Source: Felis catus
Lineage: Eukaryota
Assembly: GCF_018350175.1 (NCBI RefSeq)
Contig: NC_058374.1
Span: 68,448,001-68,512,000 of the forward strand
Direction of reading: 5' to 3'
DNA: 64,000 nucleotides
The notes under the pieces were generated by a model. That model was not told where the DNA came from. It ran no database searches and saw only the letters and a list, made by a program, of their open reading frames with translations. Position numbers and translations under genes: made by a program. Each line of letters begins with the position of its first letter. Positions within the stretch are counted from its first letter, which is position 1. Of the stretch, positions 25,201-40,200 are shown piece by piece.

Positions 25201-28200
25201 GTGCCCTTGTCCTATCCCATCTGGTTTATTTAAGTTCATTGCTCTAGTAATTGCCTGCCGTGTCTCCTCATCATCAGTTTCTCCCTCTCTACTCGATTAT
25301 TACTGTCAACATATAGACATTCTGTAGTAATTTCTCTCATTTAAGTAATCATGTCTCTGCTAATCCCATACTGTATAGCTAATATCCCACTTTTCTATTC
25401 TTCTTTTCAACATCATTACTAAAAAAAAAAAAAAATGGAGTATGCTTTCTGTCTTTCCTTCTCTGACCCATATTTCCCTTTGAACCTACTTTGATCAGAC
25501 TTTAATCCCAGCATTCAACCAAGATGCTTTGTCCATGTCACCAATGATGTACACATTGTGAATCCAATGGTCAACACTAAGGCTTTCTACTTGACCTATT
25601 GGAAAAGTGATGCAGGTGCAGATATTACGTGTAGACATAATAACATCTACAGGTTGTATTTTTTTCTCATATGTGTTTCTTTTAAAAGTAAGAGACCTTT
25701 CAGTAGTTCTCCAGTCACCTCAATGTCCAGAGTGGGGTCACACATTTACCTCCAATAGGAAGGAGTAATGTAATGACATTAATGAGAGTCAACCTATATT
25801 TCTGAGTCATGTGACTGAAGATTTGATCTTTAAACATATCTGACCTTTGTCATCAGGGTAGGAGGGGAGGACTAGAACTGGTTAGTCAAAGAAGAATGTC
25901 TGCTACATCACTTAGGTGAGTTGAAAGTAAGGTTTGTTTTTTCACTTATGAATAGGAGAGTTCTATCCAATATATCATTTTGGATCTACAATAGTTTTTA
26001 ACTATTACTTCATAGTAGTCTTAATAGCCTAGGTGACTAGCTTTTAAATAAAATAAATATATGCATTAAAATAATACATAGATATTTTTAGTTTGAAAAA
26101 TAAAAGAAACCAAAATTTATTTAAAAATCCTAAAGCCCAGCTCCACTCTTCTCCATGTCTTTTAAAAATTTCTTCCTCTTTTATTTTTTAGATTGTATGA
26201 AACCAACATGTATCCTATTGAGTTAAGAGAATAAATACAACTGAATTCCATATAGTGAACCTGTAACATTCAGATATTTAATTAATAACTGAACATTTGA
26301 GGGTAAATACTTATTTTAGATGCTTTCTCAATTACGGTCTGCTGTTACTTTACTTTAACAATAAGAAAAAAAATAATAAGATACAGCTATTTCAGGACCA
26401 ATATTCACCTATACTAACCAAAAATGAAAATAAGTATCTCTTTAATTCCTTTGTAATTTAGTGACAAAAAAGAATATGAGAAGAGATAAAACAGCAGTAT
26501 AATACTTATTCTGTAGGATTAGAGTATAAAACAATCTATAATTTGTGCAATGGGATTACCATATGACTATAATATTCAAAGCTAATATCAATGAAAATTA
26601 AAATTCTGAAGGGAGAACAGATATGGAATTTCCATTGTCTTCACGGCACCTACACCCAAATTTTAATGACATGTTTTCCATAAGACTACCATCAAGTACT
26701 TAGCATTATTTTCATTTCATATAGCATTAGTCTATCTCTAATTATGGCTGGGATTTTATAGCATTCACTGCCTTATCATTATTTTGTGATACAGTCACTG
26801 TTATAAATTAAAATAGACTAGAGATAGCCTGAGGAGTCTAAGTCATACAAATAGGTCCACTAACCGGAGAGTGCTATATAGTGGGCTATAGTCAGATGTG
26901 AAGTAGGTGTGGGAAGATGCCCAGACAGTTAAGGAAAACACAGTGTGTAGAGGCTTTAGCAGTGGTCAAGGAAGGGGCTGCTATCAAGGATTTGATAGGC
27001 TCTTCTCTGGAAGATAAAGCCATGCAAAGGGAAATATGGTCAACCTTTCGCTAACCTGACCCTAGTCTCTGTTCTGATAATTTTGTTGCTACAAGTTCTT
27101 CAAACCAATTCCTTTACATTTTAATTATAGTGAATTACTACAACAGTATAGATTCCCCATAACTCTAAAGGATTGGGACACCCAAGTATTCAAACTCCAA
27201 GCTCTGAACAGCCTTGTTTCCTTATCAGTGGGGAATGGTGGACAATGAAGACAGTAGGAAGAAGCATTCTTTGAGACCATTTAAATGCTGTCTCATTTAG
27301 AGAATTTATTGTATTTCAAGAGACTTGTAACACTCTCCATCCTATAATAATTGTAGCATTGTAAATATTGTAAAAATCCCCGTGTTAGACTCTGTTCAAA
27401 ATTTTTTGCCATTGCTTTTTTCTAATAGTTTTTTTTTCCTTGAGATTCTTCTTATACTTATGTAAAATTATGTTTTTATAACTAACAGATTGAGATGACA
27501 TATTACAGAATGAGAAACAGAATTTGTTTCAAAATAGATATAAAATGAATAAAAAATTATCTCAAGTACAAATCATAATTATGCTTCCAATTTTCAAACA
27601 TAAAATATAATAGCAAGATTACAGTGGACCATCTCCACATAAAGAGATGTGAAGTAATCCCAGTTTAGAGAATACAACTGATTATGTTAGTGTTGGAATT
27701 AAGAATGGTACTGAAAAAAGCAGTAACTTTTACCTGTCATTCACATTTGTAAATTTGACAACAAATATTCTTATATAATTTTATTCTTATTAACCTTCAT
27801 GATCAAATTTAAGAAATGAACTTATAGTGCACCTGGGTGGTTCAGTTGGTTAAGCATCAAAGCTCTTGATTTTGGATCAGGTCATGATCCCAGGATTGTA
27901 GGATTGAGTCCTGCTTCAGGCTTAGCACTAAATGTGGAACCTGCTTAAGATTCTCTCCCCCCCTCACTCTGCCCCTCTCTCCTACTTGCACTCCTCAAAT
28001 AAATAAATTAATTAAATAAATAAATAAATAAAGAATTTAAAGAATTGAACTTATTTCTGCAAGAGACTAACATTACATGGTAGAAAACTGGTGATTTTGC
28101 ATTAAGAGTAAATCAAAAGAAAGAGTGATATGAAATATTGTCTTCAATTAGCTTGAGAAATTATCCATAATTTTGTGCTTCTTTTTAGAAGAATTTACCC

Positions 28201-31200
28201 ACTAAGAAAAAGGGCACATATTTAAAAACTAATCTTCTTTTTCTGTAACGTAATACCTATTTCTTGTCTTGGGTGCCCTATACCCTCATAATATATCCAA
28301 AGCACTGTAATTTATCATGTAATTACTTCCATGGCTGTAGAAAAAAACAGTAAGATGGTCATATTTTCTGTTTCTGAGAGTGTAATGCTTGCATTAATGA
28401 TTCCTTTACTGAGCCTCGTGTCCTCCCAGAAATTTCTTTTTCCTTGATCTGATGTCCTAGTGGAGTGAACAGAATGATGAGCTCAGACCCTCTTCAAGGG
28501 GGTTGTGAGGATCACATTCAGAGATTCACCTGCATGCCCATGCAATTCACAAGCTTGTCTTGAGTAATTTATCTTTTAAGGACCCAAATATGTTCCCCAA
28601 ATAAAATATGTACAGTAATTGCTAAACCATCTAAATGAATACATTGTTTTATTTAGGCCTGTACATTTTACAAAAGCAGGGACCCTCTATTTATAAAATA
28701 ATACTTACCAGGAACATTACTGTGATGTGAAGTGTGTCCTTTTCTGCTTTTGACCTAGAGAATGAGACGAGGAAAGTATCTTGCTTGAATGCAGTGTTCT
28801 CTCAATGTGAAAAATAAATCCAATATTTTGGTGGAAAGTAGCTTCATATTTTTGTCCCCTGAATGTTTTGTTGTCTGTTCCTATAAAGGCCAGATGGATG
28901 AGGAATATGAAGAAATATACATGTAATTTATGAAGAGTCCTCGTCTTTGAGAAAGAAAAATAGCATGGGGTACTACTAATATTATCCAGTTTGGCATATA
29001 AATTTCAACTCCACCCAAAAAGTGTTTAATCTTTACATATACTCCTTGAGACATTGCTTGGCAAGAGATACAATCTCGTCATTATAAGTATGTGACATTT
29101 GATTATTTTCCATGGAAATTTTCATTGCTGGTCTCTTTTCTGAAAAAAAAAACATAATTTTTAATGCATATGATCAAGATGAAGAAACTACTGAAACATC
29201 CTCAATTTTCTAAAAGTTGACCAACTTTTATCTCAAAAGCATATATGCTTTAAAATCAAAAGATACACTATCAAATGAAATATTTAAGATTATACATTTA
29301 ATTANNNNNNNNNNNNNNNNNNNNNNNNNNNNNNNNNNNNNNNNNNNNNNNNNNNNNNNNNNNNNNNNNNNNNNNNNNNNNNNNNNNNNNNNNNNNNNNN
29401 NNNNNNNNNNNNNNNNNNNNNNNNNNNNNNNNNNNNNNTGAAGGTAGCATACAGTCCTTTTTTTTTAAATTTATTTTAATGTTTGTTTATTTTTGAGAGA
29501 CAGAGAGACAGAGCACGAGTTGGGGAGGGGCAGAGAGAGAGGGAGACACAGAATCTGAAACAGGTTCCAGGCTCTGAGCTGTCAGCACAGAACCCGACGC
29601 AGGGCTTGAACTCATGAACTGCGAGATCATGACCTGAGCCAAAGTTGGATGCTTAACCAACTGAGCCACCCAGGCACCCCTATACTATACAGTACCATAA
29701 ATAATTTAAGGCCAGTTTAGAATGAACATAACGCTATTTCAGAGTGATAAAAGTAGTTGTTTCAAGAAAGCTAATGAAATTATAAATTGAGAATTTGTGA
29801 TTATTACAATCTCTTTCATGGCACTGCCAGAGGGCACTAGAGAAGCAGATGTTAGATGGGCCAGGACTGGCTATTTCTGCATTGAAACCCAATAATGTTA
29901 AAGGGCATTTAACTATTACAAACCTGTACCTGTTGAGATGAGGACAAATTTTGTGAAATAGTGTGCAATCACTAATATATCCCTCTTATTAAATACAACA
30001 AAGATTTAGTTAGTTGTAAGTCTCTCCTGTTTGCTGTTTGTGGAATACAAGTTGGAGAAAATTGAAAGGAAAAACCCTAACCTTGAAGACCTGAGATTCT
30101 CTTAAGAGTATATTTCACAGAACAGAATTTTTTTATTTTAATAAAATCAAGCTTGTCTTTTGTTTTCTTTAATGAACCATGCTTTTGTGTTCTGTCTAAA
30201 AATCCATCGCCATACCCAAGATCATATTCAAGCCATTGACTGAACTGGGAACAACTAATACCTATAGTCCTATAGTTCATCAAAGGTCTCCCAAGTGACT
30301 TTCTGGAATTCTTACGCTACCACTAACATAGCAAATGGAAACTTAAGATACAATCCAGTGCAGATCAATGATATTCTATTTAAATTATATGCATGAGTGC
30401 ATCAAACATCCATTTCCCCTTAAATTTAATGATCTTATGCATTGGTAGTAACAGTAATGACATAAACATCAGGATCGTTATATAAATACAATGTACTTAG
30501 AAGATATTTATGAGCTTTAAACTTCTATAAATAATATTTACTTTTACTCTCTACATATCTAGTTTACTTAAATTTTTAAAAATTGTTTGAAAAATTCACA
30601 CTAAAATTGTCATTGATTGAGGATAGAGTTAAAATAGTAGTCATCTTGTCTTCAAGAAGAAAATCTAAAAATACTGATAAAACTGCACTTCTCTGCTTGT
30701 CGTTTTAAGCATTTTCATGTGAATTGGGAAGAAACAAAGCATCTCCAGATCAGCAGGTGTTACTAAATTGTTCCAATCAGAAAAGCTGTGCAATTGGGAG
30801 AGACTCAAGGAAGAGCTTATAAAATTGTCCAAGTGGGAAGAAAAATGGCATATGATTTTTATCATGGATACGCACAAGGTCATTTCTTTCAGAGATTGAA
30901 AAATCTAAAGCCTACATCCAAATGAAAGTCTCCAGTTATCACAGATTTGGAATTTACTCCTCATTTCCTCTGGTGTGTGGTTATATCCCAAAAGGCCAGG
31001 AATTACTGGGCATCATCAGGAAAATTATTAGAAGTGAAGCAGAAAACGTTATATGCATTTCTGGCTTTTTACAGCCTCGGGAGGAATATGGAACTAGACA
31101 CTGCTCACAGCAGGACTTTCACAGTCATTAGCAGAGGGCTTCTGTGAATACCTTGCATTTGTGATCTTATTTATGGTTGTATTGGGCCTGAGGGCCTTTA

Positions 31201-34200
31201 GAACATATGCCCCTACTCTTTCCTTTCTTGTTTAAATGTTGACCATGTAAACCAAAACTTTTTTAAATGTTGATCATGTAAACCAAATAGCTTGCATAAA
31301 ACAACAGTTTGGAGAAGTACATTGTTGGAACTAAATCTTAGTTTCTATCATTCCTCTGATTCTGATCCAGCAATTTGCTCTCTGAAATAGAATGGTGATA
31401 TGGAATGTAACTGAGGTCTATAAATTCTTGAATGGCAATTTCAGTGATTCCAACTAAAAATGAGTCATCTCCTTTTTAAAATATTTCAGGCAAGTTTAGA
31501 AAAATTGTTGCTTCATACTTAGAGAAACTAACTTGAGGATTTTATTAATCAGCTACATGTACCAAATAGGTATTGATACAACGCTAATAACACTAGAACA
31601 GGAAGAGTGAATAAAGTGTGGCTTCTTGCTTTTAGAAATTTCATGAGTTGATATACAAATATATACATATACATATAATGATATATGCATAAGATGTATA
31701 TAAGATGTATAAATTAAATTTTGAAAGGATTGGCAAATGTATGAGAAAGTTGGCAAAATCATTTACTGAATACTGACTGTGAGCCAGGTACACTGCTGTC
31801 TTATGTGCATTGTCTCAAAATAATTCTTGCAGTGTCTTAATGGGATAGATTTTATTATCCTCATTTTATGAAGGGTGATATTGAGGCTTGGAGAGTTTAA
31901 ATAATTTTTCCAAAGACACTGTAAACACTACTGAGGCAAGATTTAAATAATATAATAAAACTACTCATTCAGGGAAGCTGGAACAAAGCTCTCATCTTCA
32001 AGGTTGTTTTTAGAGAAGACAAAAATGTCTCTGTGGTGTTCACCTTAAACTCTCTTAAAAAATAAATTGGAGGAGTGAACCATAGCTTTGCTCTAGCAGA
32101 GACATTTTAATGATCTTATGTAAGAATATCCTCCTTCCTAGCCACACATGCTAGTATTAATTCATATGGGGCATATGGCTCTTAGCTCTTCTCTGTAAGT
32201 GCTGCCATATTGATGTCATATGAGTAATTCTCTTCTCGTCTTCCTGCTGTGAAGCATCACTCTCCCCTTCCAGAGAAACAGCTGCTTCCCAACATGGGTA
32301 TGCTTGTGATGAATTCTAAACCAGTTGGTCAGATCCCATATCCATGTAATTTGTTTATGGACTGTTCTAGATGTTCCTGAGTACAGGCATTGGTCACATG
32401 TGTAAAAAAATAAAACAAAAAAGAAAAAGTGACTCAGGGAAGAGCCTAATTTCCTCAGAGCATCTACAAATTCATTCATTCTCTCATTAAAAACTCATTC
32501 AGCACCTATTGTGCTCCAGACTGCTTGACCGCTAGCTGAGAGATTATCGACACAGCCACCTGTTCCAAGCGTTTGCAGTCTCATGGAACAGACAATTGTA
32601 TCAAGAATCACAGAAGGTGTGTTAAGTACCATAAGCTATGTGAGGAGTTATGAGAGCACAAATGAGGACCAACTGAGGCTAGGGGGGTTGAGGGGTGGCT
32701 TCCGGGAGGAACTAACTACTGTTGCATCATAAAGGACATTTTGAGTATTGATAGGAGGACAAAAATGAGATGATTAGTCTAGAAAGGGGAAAAAACATGT
32801 TGCAAAAGCTCAGAGGCATGAAAGCATGACTCATTTGAGGGACTATAAGTAGTTAAGCGTGACAACACTGGGTGCTTTGGGAGATGCAATGAGAGATGGG
32901 CAGAAAAGAATTTTGAATAAAGCACCTAAATGTTTTCCTCAGGATTATGAAGGCAAATATCTTTGTTCAAATGGGAATGGAGATTCTGTGTTTCTGGCAT
33001 TTTTTTCTAAAATCTTTTTAAACATGTCCAAATTTTCTTTCACTTACAGCAACACAATGTAAAATAATTTTATTTTTCTTGTAGTTTCTGAGGAAGACAA
33101 AGGATTTGGACCAATTTTCGAAGAGCAGCCAATCAATACCATTTATCCAGAGGAATCACCAGAAGGAAAAGTTTCACTAAACTGTAGGGCACGAGCCAGC
33201 CCTTTCCCAGTTTACAAGTAATGTACCTCACTGCTCTTTTCATAGTGGTGTGTCAGACCAGATTATAGATCAACATCTGTGACCCTGTAATGATAGAAAA
33301 AAGTTATAATATAAGGCTGTTAACAAAATACAGGGATATTAACAAAAATATTGGCATACAAGTTATCAAAATAGAGTAGTTTAATGCCCAGATAATAAGT
33401 TTCCTTAAATATATGCAAATAATCCACTTACTATTTTCTGCACAGATAATGCCAATGCTTTTTGATATTATCCATTTAAAAATTTTCTAATGGTGATCAT
33501 GGATTTAAGCACATAAAAGGCTATGTGAAAATCATGCACAATTTAAATATACTCATTTGAGAATAAAATGTTCTTATATGCATTGACCTGGGTAATGCAT
33601 ACTTACATATTATAGATGATATTCCTGTATCAACTACATTTAGAGAGCTTGCATTTATAATCCTGAAAGCACCACTTTTTTCAGTAGTATCAAATCTATA
33701 TTCCAGATAATACAGCAAATTTCTTAAATATCCCCGCCTATTAGACAATTAATATAAATATATCTCCCTCTGTTTTTCTGAGGTACGTATTTATATTATA
33801 AAAAAAGAACAATGGGTTTTTCTGCTTCAGATGGTTCAGAAAAGTATACTAACAATTCCTAGCCTGATACAATGAATTAGATTAAAAGATCAATCTGACA
33901 TCAATGGATTTGAATTTCACCTGTGAAATGGTTCCATGAAGACAAAGCAAGTGATTGATGGGGAAATTGGGACTTTAGTGCATTAATGTCAGTTAACTTA
34001 ATTGAAGGTTGTCACTCAACAAGATTGATTTTCATAGTATTTTTTTCTCAGTAGAAAAACAACTGTCTATTATTATAAAAAGTCATTATCAAATTTCATT
34101 CTAATTGAATTTATTTTCTCTTGAGTTCAAGAGACTCTCTTAAATCTCTGGGTTAAATTACAAAATTATTCTTAAAATAAAATATGAATTTATATACAAA

Positions 34201-37200
34201 ATCACCATCCCTTTGAAATTATTTTTATTGTTTCAATTTCATGCATGGGAGTACAAAATAAATAGACATTTTATAAATTATAAGTAATATGTTTGTTCTG
34301 AAAATATTTGATGAGCTAGACTTGTTTCTACCCTTAAGCCATACATAATAGGTGTTTATATACATAGTTATGGGCATGGAATAGTATAACTAATAGGGAC
34401 TGTAGAGGAGATCTAACCCAAGCACATAGTTTTATAGGAAAGGAAGTTGAATCTTGAATATATAAACTGACTTGCTTCAGAGTTAGTAATCACAGATCCA
34501 GGACTGAAACACAGGTTTTATGGCTTTCAAAGAAACATATAATTTTTTCAGTATGTGTCTATATAGATAGGTTGATAACACCTCAAATGCTATTTCAGTG
34601 ATCTCAAAAGCTATTTCAGTGATGCTTATTTTGTGACACTTTGTCCTTGACACTCATACATGGAAACTTAGCAGATCAGTCTATAGGCTGAAATGGAGGC
34701 ACCATAACGGAAGAGATTGTTCTCAGATAGTGTTCTAGAAATGGGAGTTTCTCACTGTGCTCAACCCCTTCCCAACCCCACAGACACAGTAAGAAGCAAA
34801 ACTTTGCATAACTGCAACTTAATACACATTGATTAACAACTCCCTTTTTTCTCTTCTCTCCAGTCTCTGGCATCCACCATTCTATACTTTGCTTCGCTAG
34901 TTTCACTATTATAGATACCTTATATAAGTAGATCTCAAATTAAGCGTTCTTATCAAAATTTAAAATGTAAAAATAAGAGAGAAAGCTTTGCTTGACAAAT
35001 ATATCACCAACTCCTTTCCATAGGTTGTACCAGCACTGAATGCCTAGGATGAGTGTGGCCTCCTGACCTTGCACCTTAATATAGAGAGCTGGAAGGAGAA
35101 GTAGATGTTTAATTCTGTTATGAAGGCAGTCTGCATTTGACAACAAGAAAGAAAGAGAGGAAGGGGGGAAGGGAAGAAGAGAGGAGGGAAGGGAGGGAGG
35201 AAAGAAGGAAGGCAGAAAGAGAGGAAGGGAGGGAGGAAGAAAGGGAAGGAAAGAAAGAATTCAGCTCATGATGCAGCGTGTCTGATTGAAAAGAACATTT
35301 GAAGTTTTTAAAATTTACTTAATATTCAGAGCGAGCCATACTAACCTTGATCATCACACAATGGGTCATTCACACAGTAGTTTTATATTTATGGCATATT
35401 CCATGGTAATGTCTTATTCATGGCAATACCCTGAAAGGCACAGCAGGGAACCTTACCTTTTACTTACCAGCCTTGAAGCTTTCATCATCTTGCTTTGACC
35501 CCCAAAATAATAAGAATGCTAATTAAATTGCATTTAAAACTGTTTGAAAGGAGTTACAAGAATGGTGTGTATTCCTGAAAGTAAAGTAAACCAGTGAACC
35601 TACCCAATCGTAGCAAAACTTAATCATTATATAACCTAAAAGGCAGAATCAAATGTACTGGAGAAGAATTAATGCAATAAGCAAAAATTTGGAGTCATCA
35701 TAGTGGAAAAACAAAATAAAATTGGAATTGCTCAACAAGGAAACCCATTGCCTTGGCAAGTGCTAAACAACTTGACAATGGATTGTTCAAGTAGGGCCAA
35801 CATTGCCATCAAACTGGGGGGAAGGAAGATTTATTCATTGGGTTGGAATTTGGGAGGCTTTCAAAATGCAAAAGCCCAGTTTTCTGGGTTTGCTTTTAAA
35901 TTACGTCCTATATTATAAAAGTTAAAACTAAAAATGTTCCAGTAATTTGATTTAATAAAAAGTATTCTAAAATGTTTAGGCTTTTTTGGTAAGATTCTAA
36001 CCCTAATTAGAAGTGTGCAAGGCAATGAGCCATGAGGCCCCAGCCCACTAATTGACCATGGCTCTTGCCTGTGACATTGCTGAAGACATGAACCCTGATA
36101 CAGAATGGGTATGTATATTACACAGATGGTCAGCTTAATTGAAAACTATTTTCTACATTTATTCTTCTCATAATCTCACCAAGGAAGTTAGATTCCTGTT
36201 TTTAGTCAATTTATTTATAACACAATCCCCTAAATATACCTGCAATTGTATATTGGCTTGGAAACAAAAGATCCAATTGATTTTTGCAATTTTCAAATTG
36301 TGTGATCGACCTCTAGTGGTCAGAATGTGACATTTACTCAGTAGAACCCTGACTTCAATTAGTTTTATTGAAAAACTATTTTGATATATAGAATCAGAAA
36401 TTTATATTTTATTTTTTATTTTTTACTAGAGTAATGCATTAATATTTTATGCAACACATCTGGATGTGCATGAATCTTACTAGTACATAGATGATTATTA
36501 TTTATAATCTATGTATATCTGCTAAGAAACCAATTAATGTAGCAAAATTCAGTGAAATATATGTCTCTGCAGATGTCTTATTAATAAAGAGAAAATGTTT
36601 CATGCACTTTAACATTTACCTTTATATGCCTGATCTAAATCATAAATTATGAGCCCAGCGACCCAGAATTATAGGGTGTGAAGAAATACCATACCAAGTC
36701 ATCTACTTAATCATCTGATTTCACATGGAGCCATACCCATATTATTTTAGAATGACATTAGTCCAGTATGCTATTTGCAGGCCTCATGACCTTTGATATG
36801 ACATTTGTTTTTCTTTCTCATAGATGGAGAATGAATAATGGGGATATTGACCTGACAAGTGATCGGTACAGTATGGTAGGAGGAAACCTGGTTATCAACA
36901 ACCCTGACAAACAGAAAGATGCTGGAATATATTACTGTTTGGCATCAAATAACTATGGGATGGTCAGAAGCACTGAAGCAACCCTGAGCTTTGGATGTAA
37001 GTGACTGTAACTTTAACATGGTCAAGTGTATTTAGGTGAAGTAAAAATTAGATGTCATAATAAGAGTTCAATAAGAAAAATCAAGATGAAAAGAAAATGA
37101 AAGAAAGGATCCATAGATAAAGTGGGTCTTATATGATCACATTTAAAACTGTGTGGAGAGGGGTGCCTGGGTGGCTCAGTCGGTTAAGCATCCTACTTTG

Positions 37201-40200
37201 GCTCAGGTCAAGATCTCACCTCTCATGAGTTTGAGCCCCATGTTGGGCTTTGTGCTGACCGCTCAGAGCCTGGAGCCTGCTTTAGATTCTGTGTCTCCCT
37301 CTCTCTCTGCTCACACTCTGTCTCTCTCTTTCTCTCTCAAAAATAAATGTAAAAAAATTTTTAAAAAAAGATTGTGGAGAGAAAATTTCAAGAGTGAAGC
37401 ATCGTGAAACAAAGGCCATGTTCTGCGGGATTTTGAATAACTTTCTAAAAACTAGTTTCAGTGGAAGTGTCAAGCCATGTGTTCTCAATGGAAGCTTTTG
37501 GGGGCAGAAACCATCTTCGACATTGTAACTAACAGTTTCTGTTCTCTAAAGTTGAACTCTACCTGACAGAATCTTAATCCATAGTACTTAATTTACCTTA
37601 TTAAGAATACATTAAATTAAATTAATTAAATTATTTTAAGTTTAAAATATTCTCCTTATGGAGGCAGTTGTGAAAAAATATCTTCAGGAACCTTGTGCTA
37701 AACTTAAAGATAGAAGCTATTCTAGAAGAAAATTGCACAATTGAAAGAGGGGTTGGCCTAGATGACCTCCAGTGTGTGATTTTATAAGTTAGCACTTAAA
37801 TCCTTTGCAAAATCAATTATAGGATGAAAACCATGTTTTTTTAATCAAAAAAATTGTTTTAATGTTTATTTATTTTGGAGATAGAGACAGAATACAAGCA
37901 GGGGAGGGGCAGACAGAGAGAGACTGAGACAAATTCTCAGGGTCCAGGTACTAGCTGTCAGCACAGATCTCCATGCAGGGCTTGAACTCATGAACCGTAA
38001 GATCATGACCTGAGCCAAAGCCAGACGCTTAACCGACTGAGCCACCCAGGCACCCTGAAAACTATGTTTTCAGAGGACCCATGTGGCAGTGATTACCAGA
38101 GGGTGTGAACAATCAGACTCAATTAATGTGGCCATAGTTGGAATATAAATAATAAACCCAGTCCTTGAAGAAACAATAGAACAATTGCATTGCATTGAAG
38201 AAAAAGGAACCTAAATAATTTTTTAAAAGGAAAGTCAAGTCAAAGGGCAGAAACATTCTGCTTTCTTTAATAATGGAATGGGATCAAGTAAAACCAATTT
38301 CAAGGTTAGGAGGAAGCATTTAAATAATGGCTTCACACACATGCAGAGGTTATAGTGACATTAAGTTATCATTGTTGAAATGTCAGCTAAGTATTTGAGG
38401 ATAGGGTTGGCATTCAAGTGAGGCATCAGGATGAGAGATATATATCTGAAGGGCTCTCTGCAAAAAGGTAATAATTAGAATGATGACTTTTCTGAGATAC
38501 AAATATATTCAGAGACGTAACAGTTTGATTTTATAATTCACGTACTGAGAAGTAGGAGATGAGGCAGGGCTGAAACAGAATGAGCATGAGTAAAACAAAG
38601 AATAAAATAGAGTATCATGAGGGGTGCCTGAGTGGCTTAGTCAGTTAACCATCTGACTTCAGCTCATGTCATGATCTCGTGGTCTGTGGTTCAAGCCCTG
38701 TGTTAACAGCTCAGAGCCTGGAGCTTGCTTCAGGTTCTGTGTCTCCCTCTCTCTCTGTCCCTCCCCTACTCATGCTCTGTCTCTTCCCATCTCTCAAAAA
38801 TGAATAAGTGTTAAAAATTTTTAAAAAATAATATAAAAAATAAAGTATCATGAAACTAAACAAAATGTGAATTCTAAGTAAACAGAAAAGAATGAAGGAG
38901 ATGAGACTAAGGAAAACTCAGAATTTGAAAAGGAGAAAAAGTTGGTGACTAGGATCCTGCCATTCATCCTGTTCCTTCACCCCCTTGGAGTCCTCCCCTC
39001 GGGAAGAGAAATAGACTTTTCAAATGAGTTTGTGACTCCAAGTCACTCCTCTTTACTTATTTGGTAGAATCCTGGTTTTGTCTGAGCCAATTGTATTTCC
39101 AGATGGAAATTACTTACTGAGATTGAAATTACCTCACTAAGATTCTCCCTAAACTTGAAGCAAAGGTTGAGGATATTTGTAATCTTCAGGGTTGTTAGCA
39201 CACTTACGTAGGCCGATACTAATATCCAGTTGCTGGAGTTCATCACAGAAGTCTTTTAGAGTCTATGCAAATGCCAGCGTATAAAAGCAGAATTGACTCG
39301 CATAGGCTCCACCAAGCAACTGAGAAGTATCATATCCAAAAATGAGTTAGTAGGTAAAAAATATACTTTAATGAAAATCTCTATTGACTGGAGAGTGAAT
39401 GTTTTCCTTTTTGCTTTCATAATTAGATCTTGACCCTTTCCCACCTGAGGAGCGTCCTGAGGTCAGAGTGAAAGAAGGGAAGGGAATGGTGCTTCTCTGT
39501 GATCCTCCCTACCATTTTCCAGGTAAATTAAGTTCCTCTGTGACTGTAAGCATCTGTGCAATGAACACATCAAGTTTTAATTTTCTTAACAATAATGATA
39601 CATTTATGATTAAATAAGACTCAATATTTGTCTAACCTTGTAATGTATCACTTAATAATGGTTATAGACCCTTCTAGGCTCTCTAGTCACTTGGCCCTAA
39701 TTCCAAAGGTCTGGAATCATATTGGTTTATAAACAACATATATGTTAGATTATGCCTTTATTAACATTCTTGTTACACAGGAGGAAATATGATAGAGTAT
39801 TTACAAATTATTTTAAAAATAGAACAGTGCTGGTCAGTCATTTCATTAAAAATATTATATCTACAGTATACTGTGAATTATATAAATGCTTAAAAAGGAT
39901 AAAGAAATAATAAATTACTAATCTCTTTAGGGCCTCTATCTGCAAGAATAATCATCCAATTTAGAAAGGGGTTAAATTGTCATCTGTAACAAGATTTAAC
40001 CTTTGAATACAGGTTTTCTGTACTTTGATATGGCTAAAAGAAAGGCCACCAAGTGCTAATTAAAAGATGAACACTTTATATACTTCCATTAATTTTCATT
40101 TGCTTTTTTTATAAAATATCTTCTTGAAACAATATATAAACACTACTTCTCACAGTGGAAAAAAACAATGTTTTATATTCTAATATTATGGCATAAATTT

